A DNA stretch of 63,691 nucleotides, the filler included, from Octopus bimaculoides (taxonomy: Eukaryota), in the NCBI RefSeq assembly GCF_001194135.2. It is 5 parts of 5 records of this genome, joined end to end, with 100 filler letters (N's around TTAATTAATTAA, not from the genome) between each part and the next. Parts side by side here need not be neighbours in the genome. Positions count along the whole stretch, not along the records: positions 29,113 to 40,380 come from NC_068983.1; positions 40,481 to 56,327 come from NC_068987.1; 3 more parts are not named here. The stretch is one strand, 5' to 3'. The notes beneath the pieces are model-generated. The model did not search any database and was not told the DNA's origin. It saw nothing but the letters and a program-made list of their open reading frames with translations. Of this stretch, positions 37,942-52,221 are shown one piece after another. Numbering within the stretch: the first letter of the stretch is position 1; each line of letters starts with the position of its first letter. Both the position numbers and the translations under genes were made by a program.

Positions 37942-38318
37942 TGGCACTCCGTCGGTTACGACTACAAGGGTTACAGTCGATTCGATCAACAGAACAGCCT
38001 ACTCGTGAAATTAACAGGCTAGTGGCTGAGCACTCCACAGATACATGTACCCGTAACGTAGTTCTCGGGGAGATTCAACGTGACACACAGTGTGACATGG
38101 CTGGTCCTTTGAAATATAGGTACAACCGAAACAGGAAGAAAGAGTGAGAGTAAGTTGTGGTGAAAGAGTACAGCAGGGTTCGCCACCACCCCCTGCCGGA
38201 ACCTCGTGGAGCTTTAGTTGTTTTCGCTCAATAAACACTCACAATGCCCGGTCTTGGAATCAAAACTACGGCCCTACGACTGCGGGTTCCCTGCCCTAAT
38301 CACTGGGCCATTGCGCCT
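37941..38318 (-). mobile_element. Full-length family-C tRNA-derived SINE, inserted into a family-A copy (head 37697-37740, tail 38320-38420)
   Basis: Minus strand starts AGGCGCAATGGCCCAGTGATTAGGGCAGGGAACCCGC..GTAGTTTTGATTCC (tRNA-like A/B boxes) and ends GTAACCGACGGAGTGCC. Confidence 0.8.
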
Positions 38319-38461
38319 GTGTGTGTGATTGGTGTGGGGGGGGGGCGTCTTTGTCTCCCACCAACGCTTGACAAAAAGAGACCGCAGTCTAATGACTGAA
38401 ACAAGTAAAAGATAAAACAAAAAAAAACTACATCCTATAGCTGGATTTGTGAATGCATAAC

Positions 38462-38744
38462 CTTTCTTTATTGCCCACAAGGGGCTAAACATAGAGGGGA
38501 CAAACAAGGACAGACAAGGAAATTAAGTCGATTACATCGACCTCATATTCTTTTTTTATTCTGGACACAAGGTCCACGTTTGTGGGGTGGGGGTGGGGCA
38601 GTCGATTAGATCAACCCCCCCAGTACGCAACTGGTACTTAATTTATCGACCCTGAAAGGAATTTGAACTTAGAACGTAAAGACAGACGAAATACCGGTAA
38701 GCATTTCGCCCGGCGTGCCAACGTTTCTGCCAGCTCGCCGCCTT
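38462..38744 (-). mobile_element. Family-B SINE (38545-38744) plus an alternative AATAAAG-ending tail (38462-38541)
   Basis: Reverse complement of the 35399-type head and body; extra tail gtcgatgtaatcgacttaa..ccttgtttgtcccctctatgtttagccccttgtgggcAATAAAG. Confidence 0.82.
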
Positions 38745-38904
38745 TGAGCTGGGGACCATATTACGCACCCCAACACGCATTGATGAACCATAGGAACATA
38801 CAGTGTAACACTTTGAAAATGCTGCACTCTTTCCATTGTCCGTCTCTATTTTTGTTGAATTTGGTGGTAGCCATATTGAAAGTGTGTAATGTACTATAAT
38901 CGTA

Positions 38905-39005
38905 TTATCTCTCTACCCCTCTCTCCCCCTCTCTCTCTCACTCACTCATTATCACTCTTAAATTCTCTCCCTCACACTCCCTCTCTCTCCCTCTCTCTCT
39001 CTCTT

Positions 39006-39038
<33 letters not shown>

Positions 39039-39472
39039 GTATTTATGTCTGTAGCTGTCTGCCCTCTCCTCTTTCTCTCTCCCTCTCTGTATATAACTGC
39101 CTTCTCTTCTTTCTCTCCCTCTGTCTTTACGTCTCCCTCTCTTTCTCTCTCTCTCTCCTCTTTCACTGTACCTGTCTGCTCTCTCCTCACTCTATCTCTA
39201 TCTCACTCTGTATCTGCCTGCCCTCTCCTCTCGGTCTATGTCTCTCTGTCTCTCTGTCTCTCTGCGCGTGTGTGTGTGTGTCTCTCTCTTTCTCACAATA
39301 TCGGTCTGCTCTCTCCTCACTCTACCTCTCTTTCTCTGTCTTTGTCTCTCTCACTCTGTATCTCTCTGCCCTCTCCTCTCTGTCTCTCTCACACTCTCTC
39401 TCTTTATCTCTCTCTTTCCGTATCTGTCTGTCCTGTCCTCCCTGTCTCTGTCTCTCTGTCCCCCTTTCTCTC

Positions 39473-39510
<38 letters not shown>
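38905..39510. repeat. ~600-bp (CT)n-rich polypyrimidine tract
   Basis: Direct reading. Confidence 0.95.
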
Positions 39511-39809
39511 ATCTATTCTTTTGCACTGTGTTATCTATAGATACATACATATTTCTATGAATGAAAGTAGATGAATTCTATAGCATGAGGAGTAATGAGT
39601 AATGTTCCATTTTGAGCTTTTTTTTTCTTCTAAAAATCTCTCATAAACTGCTCCGTTTTTGGTTAGTTTCAGCTCAAAGAGAGACTGGGAGCTTTATTAG
39701 TCACATAACCCGATTTACCATCTTTATCATCCCTTAAAATTTCTAAGAGTGTTTAGGCATCTAAGAAAGTGACTTCGAAAATAAGCAGTACAGTGTGGGG
39801 GTGGGGTGG

Positions 39810-40380
39810 AAAGAGACAAACAGAAAGGGAGAGAGGGAGAGAGACGGAGAGAGAGAGAGAGGCGGAGAGAGGGAGAGAGAGAGCGAGAGACAGAGCGAGA
39901 GTAAGAGAGCGATTGGTATAGACTGGTGAGAGAGAAAGATATTGTACTATATGCAAGTAAGGTTAAAAAAACAGACCGACATGCGTATACGTAAATATAC
40001 ATGCATGCATACGCACATACATACATGCATACATACATACATACATACATACATACATACATAGGCACACACATACATATATATATGTGTATGTATGTAT
40101 GTATGTATGTATGTATGTACGCATAATGCAGAGAGAGGAAGAGAGAGATAGAGAATGCAGGAGACATAGAATAGGGGGAGTAGAGACAGAGAGAAGGAAT
40201 AGTAAGGAGGAGAGACAGCGATAGAGAGGTAATGACACGAGGACAGAGAGAGAGAGAGGAGGAGGAAGAGGAATAGGAGGGGAGAGAAGGGCAAGAAGAG
40301 AAGGAGGGGGAGAAGAGAAGGTAGAAGGAGGGGGAGAAGAGAAGGTAGAAGGGGAGGAGGAGGTATGAGAAGGAGGGGGG
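39810..40380. repeat. (GA)/(GGA)-rich polypurine tracts with internal (TACA)/(TATG)n
   Basis: Direct reading. Confidence 0.9.
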
Positions 40381-40480
40381 NNNNNNNNNNNNNNNNNNNN
40401 NNNNNNNNNNNNNNNNNNNNNNNNTTAATTAATTAANNNNNNNNNNNNNNNNNNNNNNNNNNNNNNNNNNNNNNNNNNNN

Positions 40481-40515
<35 letters not shown>

Positions 40516-41259
40516 TCAATATACGACCTTGTACATAATAAAAAGTGGGACTATGGAGATTGCGATATCCTATGCTGGACAAATACAAGAAACACAGCTA
40601 CAATATGAGCTCCATGGCGCTTACCGGATCCATTTGCTAATTATGATTTAAGCAATAAACACGTACTCTATTTTGAATTATAAATGATACGTATATTTAT
40701 TAATTCTAACGGCTTTTCATGAAGATAGAATTTTTACAAGTATTTTGTTCTTGTTTTATAAGAATAAATGCTTGGATGTATTTTTTAAAACACTTTTCTC
40801 GGTTTTGCTTTACTTGTAATTATTTTTAAATCACATTTTCATTCAGTCAGACAAATATCTCAACACATTTACATCGCAATATAAAAAAGTAAAATTCAAA
40901 CAAGAAGAGAAGATACAAAAAATCAATATTAGTAAATTGCAAAATTAATTACCTAAGTCTAACAAAATAGGTAAAAACAAAACAAACAAAAAACACAGTG
41001 TAACTAACTATTCGTTGCAGAAATCTGAAATGTGTTAGATTTCTAAACAAACGGCAATGCAGGAATCAATATTGAAAGTCTGAGGACTGTGAAAATACGT
41101 TAAGTGAAAATGGACACAATACTGTTAAGACGGGAATAACGTTATACATTTAAAGCTTAGACTTTTTAAGAGGCTGCTCGGAGATTTTGTGCTTTTAATC
41201 TTCACGTGATTAGCAGAATGAAATGAGCATTTCTGTTTTATCTAAATACACAATGTAGT

Positions 41260-41650
41260 GAAGGCATGGCTGTGTGATTAAGACGCTGCCATCCTAACCA
41301 AGTGGTTTGGGGCTCAGTCCTGCTGCATGGCATCTTCTGAGAGTGTTCCATATTCTAGCTCCCATCTAACAAATTTCTTGGTAGACAGGAACTATCCGAA
41401 AGCCTGGCGAATTATATTTGCTTAAGGAAGCGAAGAGAAAGCAATACCGGCTGTCAAGCGGTGAGAGCGACAATAAAAAGATATATAGACGCGCATACAA
41501 ACACTCACGCTTATACATATCAATGACGGGCTTCTGCAGGGTTTCCGACTATGAAACTCAGGCACACGTCGAACGGCCCGGAACTATAGTGGAAATCACT
41601 GCCCCAATGTGCCTCGACCCGAAATTGTGTGCCTGCAAAGCGAGCTTCTA
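41260..41650. mobile_element. Two degenerate family-A SINE fragments in opposite orientation (plus 41260-41415, minus 41420-41650)
   Basis: ggcatggctgtgtgattaag..cagtcctgctgcatggcatc versus ccggctgtcaagcg..gacgggcttctgcagggtttccg. Confidence 0.6.
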
Positions 41651-41690
41651 TTATGTATGTATGTATGTATGTATGTATGTATGTATGTAT

Positions 41691-41908
41691 AAGGCGGCTA
41701 TCTGGCAGAAACGTTAGCACGCCGGGCGAAATGCTTAGCAGCATTTCGTCTGTTTTTACGTTCTGAGTTAAAATTCCACCCGAGGTCGACTTTGCTTTCC
41801 ATCCTTTCGGGGTCGATAAATTAAGTACAAGTTGCGTATTGGGGTCGAACTAATTGACTGGTTCCCTCCCAAAAAATTTCGGGCCTTGTGCTGAGAGTAA
41901 AAAAGGAT
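41691..41908 (+). mobile_element. Family-B SINE
   Basis: Colinear with 35399-35620. Confidence 0.88.
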
Positions 41909-43329
41909 ATGTATGTATATGTGTATATAAGTATGTATGTATGTATGTATGTATGTATGTATGTATGGATATATATATATATATTATATATGTGTGTGTG
42001 TTTGTGTGTGTATACCTGAATATTTATACATGTGCATGTATATGNNNNNNNNNNNNNNNNNNNNNNNNNNNNNNNNNNNNNNNNNNNNNNNNNNNNNNNN
42101 NNNNNNNNNNNNNNNNNNNNNNNNNNNNNNNNNNNNNNNNNNNNNNNNNNNNNNNNNNNNNNNNNNNNNNNNNNNNNNNNNNNNNNNNNNNNNNNNNNNN
42201 NNNNNNNNNNNNNNNNNNNNNNNNNNNNNNNNNNNNNNNNNNNNNNNNNNNNNNNNNNNNNNNNNNNNNNNNNNNNNNNNNNNNNNNNNNNNNNNNNNNN
42301 NNNNNNNNNACACACACACACACACACACACGCACACACACACACATACACAGACACATATATGCACATACGCACACGCCCCCCCCACAAACATGGGGAT
42401 ATGTAAGTGATGAAACTTCCCATGAGATCAAACGAGTGCATGATTAAGAATTAGATAACATAATTGCTATTGTAAAAGCAATAGAGTTACGATTTTTCAA
42501 TAATATCTTTCATTTCCAGCATTCACTTTTTTTATTTCAATGAATTTGGTAATTTCTTAATAAACAAAAAGGAGCTATCAGGTGATGTAATTGACAGGGC
42601 ACTTGTGAATCGATTCGATATCAAAGCAAGTTGTTGGTTGTGTTGAGAAGAACGGGTATAATAACATAATTTGTTATTCATTTTATGTTTTTAAGTTTTG
42701 ATATATATGGATATATTCCCAAACGAATATATTCCAAAACTAATACATAAAACTAATNNNNNNNNNNNNNNNNNNNNNNNNNNNNNNNNNNNNNNNNNNN
42801 NNNNNNNNNNNNNNNNNNNNNNNNNNNNNNNNNNNNNNNNNNNNNNNNNNNNNNNNNNNNNNNNNNNNNNNNNNNNNNNNNNNNNNNNNNNNNNNNNNNN
42901 NNNNNNNNNNNNNNNNNNNNNNNNNNNNNNNNNNNNNNNNNNNNNNNNNNNNNNNNNNNNNNNNNNNNNNNNNNNNNNNNNNNNNNNNNNNNNNNNNNNG
43001 TATGTATGTATGTATGTATGTATGTATGTATGTATGTATGCATGTATGTATACATGTGTTTGTGTGCGTGTATGTGTGTGTGTATTCTCTTCTGTATATT
43101 TCAATGCTTACTCTGCGGAAGAAGATGGTTTCTAACAGATACAAATCCATCATTGGAATGTAGATAAGAAAAACAATCACACTTTGAACGTGAGAAAAGT
43201 CTTTCATATTTTTATAGTTCCACCAATAGATTGTATTTGTAATATGCGAGTCAAATGATTGATTTCTATTTCTGAAAATTCTTATTTATCCAGATTGTCA
43301 CTTAGGCATTTATACACAAAACTAACTGC

Positions 43330-44030
43330 ATCAATTATTACTGGTTTAATTGTGAAAATATAATCAGGATATAGAAGCTGGAGGTCTGGAAGCAATAACC
43401 CATAGTTATCCTCGTTCTGTTTGATTTGAACGTGTTTAAGGTGCGATCACCTGATAAGCAGAATGAAACGCAATTGGTGATGGTCCATTCGCTGCTGAGT
43501 GATTCATTCCTGAGGTCACAGAGCCTCCAGAGGAAACGAGACAAAGAAGTGGAATCCTCTGTATCCATGCATCTAAGAAAGTGCTTATGTTGTGAATAAC
43601 TTTCATTGCAATCGTTAGCTTTCTTGCCATTGTGGTGCCATGTGATACCATCGGATGGGACAAGTGTCTGTAAACTACAGCTGTTGAAGGAAGGCTCCTC
43701 CTAGAAGGCAAGTAGTACGATTTCAACTGTTACAGGCTAGGCTGCAGTTTTTGAAAGTACATGTTTGAGTTTATTGTAGCATACAATATGAGAAGCAATA
43801 TTATATAAGCAAGAGTAGCTCACCTTGAAGTTATATGAGTTGAAGAGCTCATAGTAATTGTGGCCACTGGAGAAAGCCATCTAAATCAACGATAGGAAAT
43901 TTCTAGCTACGTTGGTGGGAACTTCAAGGTAGATTATGTTTCTATTTCTGGTCCACTGCGGATGCAGAGACATCAGTGCACTGTCAGGCATACGACCATC
44001 CATCGCTGAAAAGACCAAAGAAGGTCGAAT
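43330..44030 (-). mobile_element. Penelope-like remnant (post-RT region and GIY-YIG)
   Basis: One frame with stops: RNRNIIYL..TNVARNFLSLI*..HNYYELFNSYNFKVSYSCLYNI..HKHF..DSTSLSRFLWRL..EWTI. Confidence 0.8.
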
Positions 44031-44199
44031 TCACATGATTTGATGATTTCTACACAGATGGTGGTAGAATACATATCACTACGCTGGTGATATAAACAGC
44101 AGTGGGTTTATGCACCGAAAGCCAAAATAAAAATCGCCGCACTCTGTGTTCTAACATCGCCATATTCTGTGTTCTAACAGGTCTTCCACGTTTAAAGAG

Positions 44200-46385
<2,186 letters not shown>

Positions 46386-46914
46386 CCAGTGTGCGCCTGG
46401 TATACATATATATATACGTATATATATATACATATATATGTATATGTACAAATATATATACATGTATATATACATATATATGCATATATATATACATATA
46501 TGTATATGTATAATTATATGTATATATTAATATTGATATATGATACATATATACATATAGGTATATATAAATACACACACACACACACACACACACACAN
46601 NNNNNNNNNATACTTAAATTATGTGTATCGTCCATGAAAAGTGGATGTTTTTGCACTTTCAAAGGGACTCTGTCCCGTGTTATAGGTGAAATTTTGGAAA
46701 TCGTCTTTATTTAGTACCTAGTAACTATGTTGTAATTTTCATTGAAATTGGAGGTATTTGAAATTTCAAAGTGGAAAGTAAATTTTATGTAGCTCATCGT
46801 ATTTCTCGTAAAATTGTACATGGGAATGCATACTTTGTTCTTACATGTCTTCTGTTCCCTTTCGATCTATAGATGTACAGACACACAGGCACAAAGACGT
46901 TGAGCTTTATTATA

Positions 46915-47305
46915 TTGATATTAAGCTTGCTTTTAACCCATATTGGTCAAGATGCAGTGCCACTGAGTGGCACCTTGTGGAATTGTGTTCTACTACAGCC
47001 TACGGCCGACGAAAGTCTAGCGATTGGATTTCGTAGATGGAAACTCAAAGAATTCTGTCGTGTATGAGTGTGTGTTTGTGCGTGCATACATGTGTATATG
47101 TGCGTGTGTGTTTCTCCCTCGTACCGCTTCATAACTGGTTTTGGTGTACTTACGTCTACATAAATGAGTGGTTCGTCAAAAAGTCACGGATAGAAAACGC
47201 ACCCGTCTGAAAAATGGAAAAAGCAAACAAACAAGCACTGGGGTCAAATCTTAAAGGACACACTCCAGCGTAACTACTGCTTAATGACTGAAAGAATTGA
47301 AAAAT
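46915..47305 (+). mobile_element. Degenerate family-A SINE
   Basis: ccactgagtggcaccttg..ggccgacgaaag..aatgactgaaa. Confidence 0.65.
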
Positions 47306-47544
47306 TATATATATGTGTATCACAATCAAAGGTGTAGAAATGGCGTACTCCGAATGAATAAAAAGGCGACGTAATCCAATGGTGGAGAGAAATCCAAGAA
47401 TTAGGTATTTCAAAACAGGTCAGAAGGACGGAGTCCGTTCGTGTGACCATGCAGTAAATAGTTGATTCAAATAAACAAACAATTAAAAAACAGTGAAAAA
47501 AGAAATAAAAAGAAGAAAACCATCGTGGTAACGTGCACAAGAAA

Positions 47545-47740
47545 TATACTATTTAGACGCTCAGTGAAAGGAAAGAGTTGCTGGTAGCGTTTCGTCGAAA
47601 GCTCTACGTCGGAAACAGGAAAGTTCAAAGAGAAAGAAGGGAAAAATAAGTAAGGGTCACCAGCAGACTGTTGGCGAAGAGTTATGCTCCAAACGTTAAT
47701 AACAACTCTTTCCCTTCACCGATCGTCTAATTAATATATT
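47545..47740. mobile_element. Inverted pair of PLE-type pLTR ends with degenerate hammerheads
   Basis: The reverse complement of 47545-47620 aligns to 47665-47740 (caactctttcc.ttcac.ga.cgtctaa.ta.tatatt). Confidence 0.65.
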
Positions 47741-47748
47741 TCGTTTAC

Positions 47749-47965
47749 AAGGCGGCGAGCTGGCAGAAATGTTAGCACGCCGGGCGAAATGCTGAGTAGT
47801 ATTTCGTCTGTCTTTAAGTTCTGAGTTCAAATTCCGCCGTGGTCGACTTTCTCTTTCATCCTTTCGGAGTCGACAAATTAACTACTAGTTGTGTACTGGG
47901 GTCGATCTAATCGACTGGCCCCCTCCAAAAAAATTTCGGGCCTTGTGCCTAGAGTAGAAAAGAAT
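47749..47965 (+). mobile_element. Family-B SINE
   Basis: Colinear with 35399-35620. Confidence 0.88.
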
Positions 47966-48295
47966 ATATATCTTGTGCATGTCATTACGTTCGTTTTTCC
48001 GTCTTTCTTCTTTTTCCTCTGTTTTTTTTTTTTTTGCTTATTTGAATTAACTACATATATATGCTAATGTATATGAGTGAATATGCGTTCATATGTTTGC
48101 AGGATTTGCTTTTGTACATAAGGCGTATCTTTTATATTGTTTCAAAAAGGAAGATCATATTTTATAAGAGGCTTAATTGGAGACGGACATTGGACATTTA
48201 TACTGTTTATCATTTGGTTATATTTATTTTGCTAAAATATATTGTTGGTTTACTGATTCGTTATATACGCATATACCCGTAGCCGCGTAACCACA

Positions 48296-48347
<52 letters not shown>

Positions 48348-48733
48348 TCAGTTATAAATTTTAATAAATCTGAAAATCTAATCTCTCGTAACCCTTTAAT
48401 TGAAGTATTCTGAATCTGATTGGTAACTATAAATTGCTGTCTCATGAATCTAAAACAGCTGTTCTTTTTCTCGTAATATCCTCATCGTTTCCTTGGTTAC
48501 GCAGTTGATTAATTAGAGCTCTTCAGTTCGTTAAATCCATGTTCTTTAAAGTACATAATTAAATTATTGTAAAGCATTAACTTACATTTGTACAATATTC
48601 CAGAAAGCATCGTAAAATAATTTATGGCGTACAATTTCCGGTTTCCAAGCTGAGGTCTTATCTATTTTTTTACGATGATTACTAATTTTTTCATGCTTCA
48701 TACATATAGATATATACATACATACATGCGTAC

Positions 48734-48786
<53 letters not shown>

Positions 48787-49389
48787 GAGTGTGCGCGCGC
48801 GCGTATACGTGTGAGAGAGAAAGAGTCTTTGTTTGGATATGTGTATGTATGCATATGTACACGTAAACGCGTGCATGCAATTAATTGCTCGATTGTAATA
48901 CTGAGGTTAGATTTCAGTTTCGAATTTGCTTACCAAACAGGATATTTGATAGCACACATATAAAATATTTTAATCTTCTTTCTTGAAATTCAAAACCTTT
49001 GAAACACTCTATGTACTTTAACGGACTGAGGTGAGCTCCATTTTAATACCTGAGTAAAATAATCAGTGCTGCACTTATGGGAGTACAGATAATCAATTCC
49101 TTACGCTTATCATCAACTTCCGCCACGTGGAGCCGCTAACCGATGATAAAGGGCCCCTTTCGCGTTATGCTCTAATATTTTATGAACTATAGTCCCACCG
49201 CCTAAACACACATGTATAATATATAATAAATTTCACAAGAACTCCCAGACTCACTCGACCGAATACTTCTGTAACCATTTGTGCATGGAAATGAGCAACG
49301 GATTCGGAAATCTGTATAGCACAATAAAGCAGTGCGCTTGATACGTGTAAGTACGGCACTGCCACCGTGATCCTGCTGATGAGGACTTG

Positions 49390-49670
49390 AGTAATTTTGC
49401 TTGGTTCCAGGCTCAGTCCCACTGCATGGAACCTCGGGTAAGTGTCTCTTACTTTAGCCTCGAGCCGACCAAAGCCTTGTGAGTGTATTTGGCAGACGTA
49501 ACCTGGAAGAAACACGTCGTATGTAAATATATATGTATATATATGCATATATTTGTGTGTGTGCGTGTGTCTGTGCTTGTCCCCCCACCACCATCATCGC
49601 TTGACAATCGATGCTCATGTGTTTATGTCCCCGTAACTGAGCAGTTCGGCAAAAGAGATTGTTAGAACTT
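49390..49670 (+). mobile_element. Family-A SINE
   Basis: cagtcccactgcatgg..gccgaccaaagccttgtgagtg..cgcttgacaatcgatgc. Confidence 0.8.
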
Positions 49671-50967
49671 GTCTACTATAACTGTTCTATGCTTTATTTA
49701 TACTTTATTTGTACGCACTATTATGAAGTAAACATCCTCGAGTGACGCCCAATGGTTTACTTGTCCATCTTCCCATTTGACCCATTTATACATGATGAAC
49801 CATATACCGCTTGTAGCCATCTTAGATAGGTAATTTCAACACCTGTTCCTATTTACACTTCAGGCCGGGGTTTTAGTGGTGAACTGTACTAAACACTTCT
49901 TGTAGATATCTATTTATAAATCTTGAATTTCCTATCTGCATGCTTATATATATAATATAAATTGAACATGGGCGACCGTTGTATTCTTTTTGTCTCCAGG
50001 TTCACGGCCAAACGGGTGGGTAGATTCGCGTGAAAAATGGCACACATGTGGAGACGGGAGCATAGATTGGAACGCGCTTTATATTTTTTCCTAGCGCCCA
50101 TAGTTAGCGAGAAAATCATTTTAAACAACCTGCGTGCGCGCGTGTATGTGAGTGTGTGTCACTGAAGCCATTCATACATACATACATACATAGATAATTA
50201 CTCTCTCTCTCGGTTTTTCTGTGTCAATCACTCACACACTCACTCACTACAAAAACTGAATGGAAAAATTTCCGTTATCTCTCTCTATCTTTCATTCTCT
50301 CACTCTATCTTTCAATCTCTCTCTCTCATATACGCACACACCATCAACATTACTCTCTCTGTTTCGCACACCCCATCAAACTTACACACACAGAGAAATA
50401 CGCATGCACATTAATTCTACCGTCTCACGCTAACTTCAAAAGAAGTTCAGTCATAAAACTGTCCATGTCACTTTTCATTTGACGCCCACTTCAAAAGATC
50501 CCCTTTCCCCAAAACACATATTTAAAAAAATATTTTCACTTGTCAGGCCATTGCTGAAGCGATAAAACAAAAAACACCTCCTGCTGACTGCAAAACTCCC
50601 GCCAAATTAGCCGCAAAAAACACACGCACACATACACACACACGTCCATTTCAAATGTCTTTCACTTTCTCTATGATTATAGACACATCCAATACAGTAA
50701 TCTCTCACATACATTTTCGTCTTCAACAGGTATGTATCTATTCTATAATATAAATTGTTTTNNNNNNNNNNNNNNNNNNNNNNNNNNNNNNNNNNNNNNN
50801 NNNNNNNNNNNNNNNNNNNNNNNNNNNNNNNNNNNNNNNNNNNNNNNNNNNNNNNNNNNNNNNNNNNNNNNNNNNNNNNNNNNNNNNNNNNNNNNNNNNN
50901 NNNNNNNNNNNNNNNNNNNNNNNNNNNNNNNNNNNNNNNNNNNNNNNNNNNNNNNNNNNNNNNNNNN

Positions 50968-51344
50968 GATTTCATGGAAATTTCAGAGAAATTTCTGGAA
51001 AGTTCCGAGGATTTCATGGAAATTTCAGATAATTTTCTGGAAACTTCCGAGGATTTCATGGAAAGTTCGTAGGGTATTCTGGAAAGCTCCGATGAATTGA
51101 GATCGACTTTCTGGAAAGTTCCGATGGTATCCTAGAAAGATCCGATGATTTAAGATCGACTTCCCGGAAAGTCCCGAGGATTTCCTGCGAAGTTCCTAGG
51201 ATTTAAACTCGAGTTCCTGGAAAGTTCCGATGATTTAAGATTGACCTCCTGCGAAATTCCGAGGATTTTCTGGAAAGTTCCGATGATTTCCTAGAAAGTT
51301 CCGAGTATTTAAGATCGACTTCATGGAAAATTCCGAGGATTTCC
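50968..51344. repeat. 21-bp minisatellite (TTTCTGGAAAGTTCCGAGGAT-like) with 11-bp TTAAGATCGAC insertions; HSE/STAT-like motifs
   Basis: About 14-15 units; perfect TTCnnGAAnnTTC at 50993, 51035, 51109 and 51268; the array abuts a gap on the left. Confidence 0.9.
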
Positions 51345-51559
51345 AATGTGCATTTTCGCTTATTTTTCTGCTTATATATCGTTCTTTTTAGAAAAGCATA
51401 AATCCGGAGAAGCACACTAAGTGGTAGAGCAGTCTATATTAATTACTGGTGAATGCCAGTTTATAATGTTATCCTGGGTTTGTTGCTATAAAAGCTATCT
51501 TTATGCCATATCTTCAGACTCTTTAAAATATGGAGAGGGAAACGATAGATATAAACAAT

Positions 51560-52145
51560 GGGGATTATCTTCCTTTGCTGCAGGTCATCGACTTCTGGCA
51601 TTGTTGTCCTCCTTCATCTACGCCACCTCTCGGCTGAGGGTAAAACGGTAGGAGGTTATCGGCTAATCTCGTCAGCAATCAAATTCGAGCTGTGGTGTAA
51701 TTATTGCTAATACTGCTATTATCACTATTATGCATTTCCCAAAATGCTAACAGAAATCTCCTAAAATGCAAACACGGCCCGAAAATCCCCCTTCTGGAGT
51801 TCAGTATGGTCCTTGGTACGTGCAAGTTTTTCATGATTTCATGCGTTCGGCTACGCATAGCTTGTAGCGTTTCGTTCCATTTATGTACGGATACAGACGG
51901 TGGAGGATTTTCAATGATATCGAGTATGGAATTTCATCTTCTTTCAGTTGTCAGATATGGCTGGCCAGCGATGTTACATCTTCTTTCCGGGACCCTGAAG
52001 GAGGATCTATGGCTGGAAAGATATTTCTTAAAGGAAGTCTACGCGCATCCAATGTATTTCCGTGGATGCGTGGGGTCGGTGTTGTGCCTACTATTGCCGT
52101 TGTTATTGCTGCTACCACTGCTGCTGTCGGTACTGTTGTTCTTGC

Positions 52146-52185
<40 letters not shown>

Positions 52186-52221
52186 GCTGCTGGTGCTTTC
52201 GACGATGATGTTGCTGGGGCC
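51560..52221. other. GC-richer unique block, possible exon(s) of an unidentified gene
   Basis: Acceptor-like TCTTCCTTTGCTGCAG|G at 51583/84; donor-like GAGG|GTAAAA at 51640; stop-free frames on both strands around a (GTT)n tract; no recognisable homology. Confidence 0.2.

Noticed and set aside
38864-38882. 19-bp exact match to 7052-7070 inside the Tx1 ORF
   Set aside because: Flanks are unrelated; cannot distinguish chance from a tiny repeat fragment.
43436-43726. 96-aa ORF MKSYYLPS.. as a host exon
   Set aside because: Off-frame reading of a Penelope endonuclease remnant.
49726-49762. 14-nt match to vertebrate miR-30a (GTAAACATCCTCGA) in a short hairpin
   Set aside because: Stem only about 8-10 bp, the rest of the mature sequence differs, and miR-30 is not an expected mollusc family.
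50968-51344. CRISPR-like array or 7-aa repeat protein interpretation of the 21-bp repeat
   Set aside because: No unique spacers or cas genes in a eukaryotic context; the 11-bp insertions break the reading frame.
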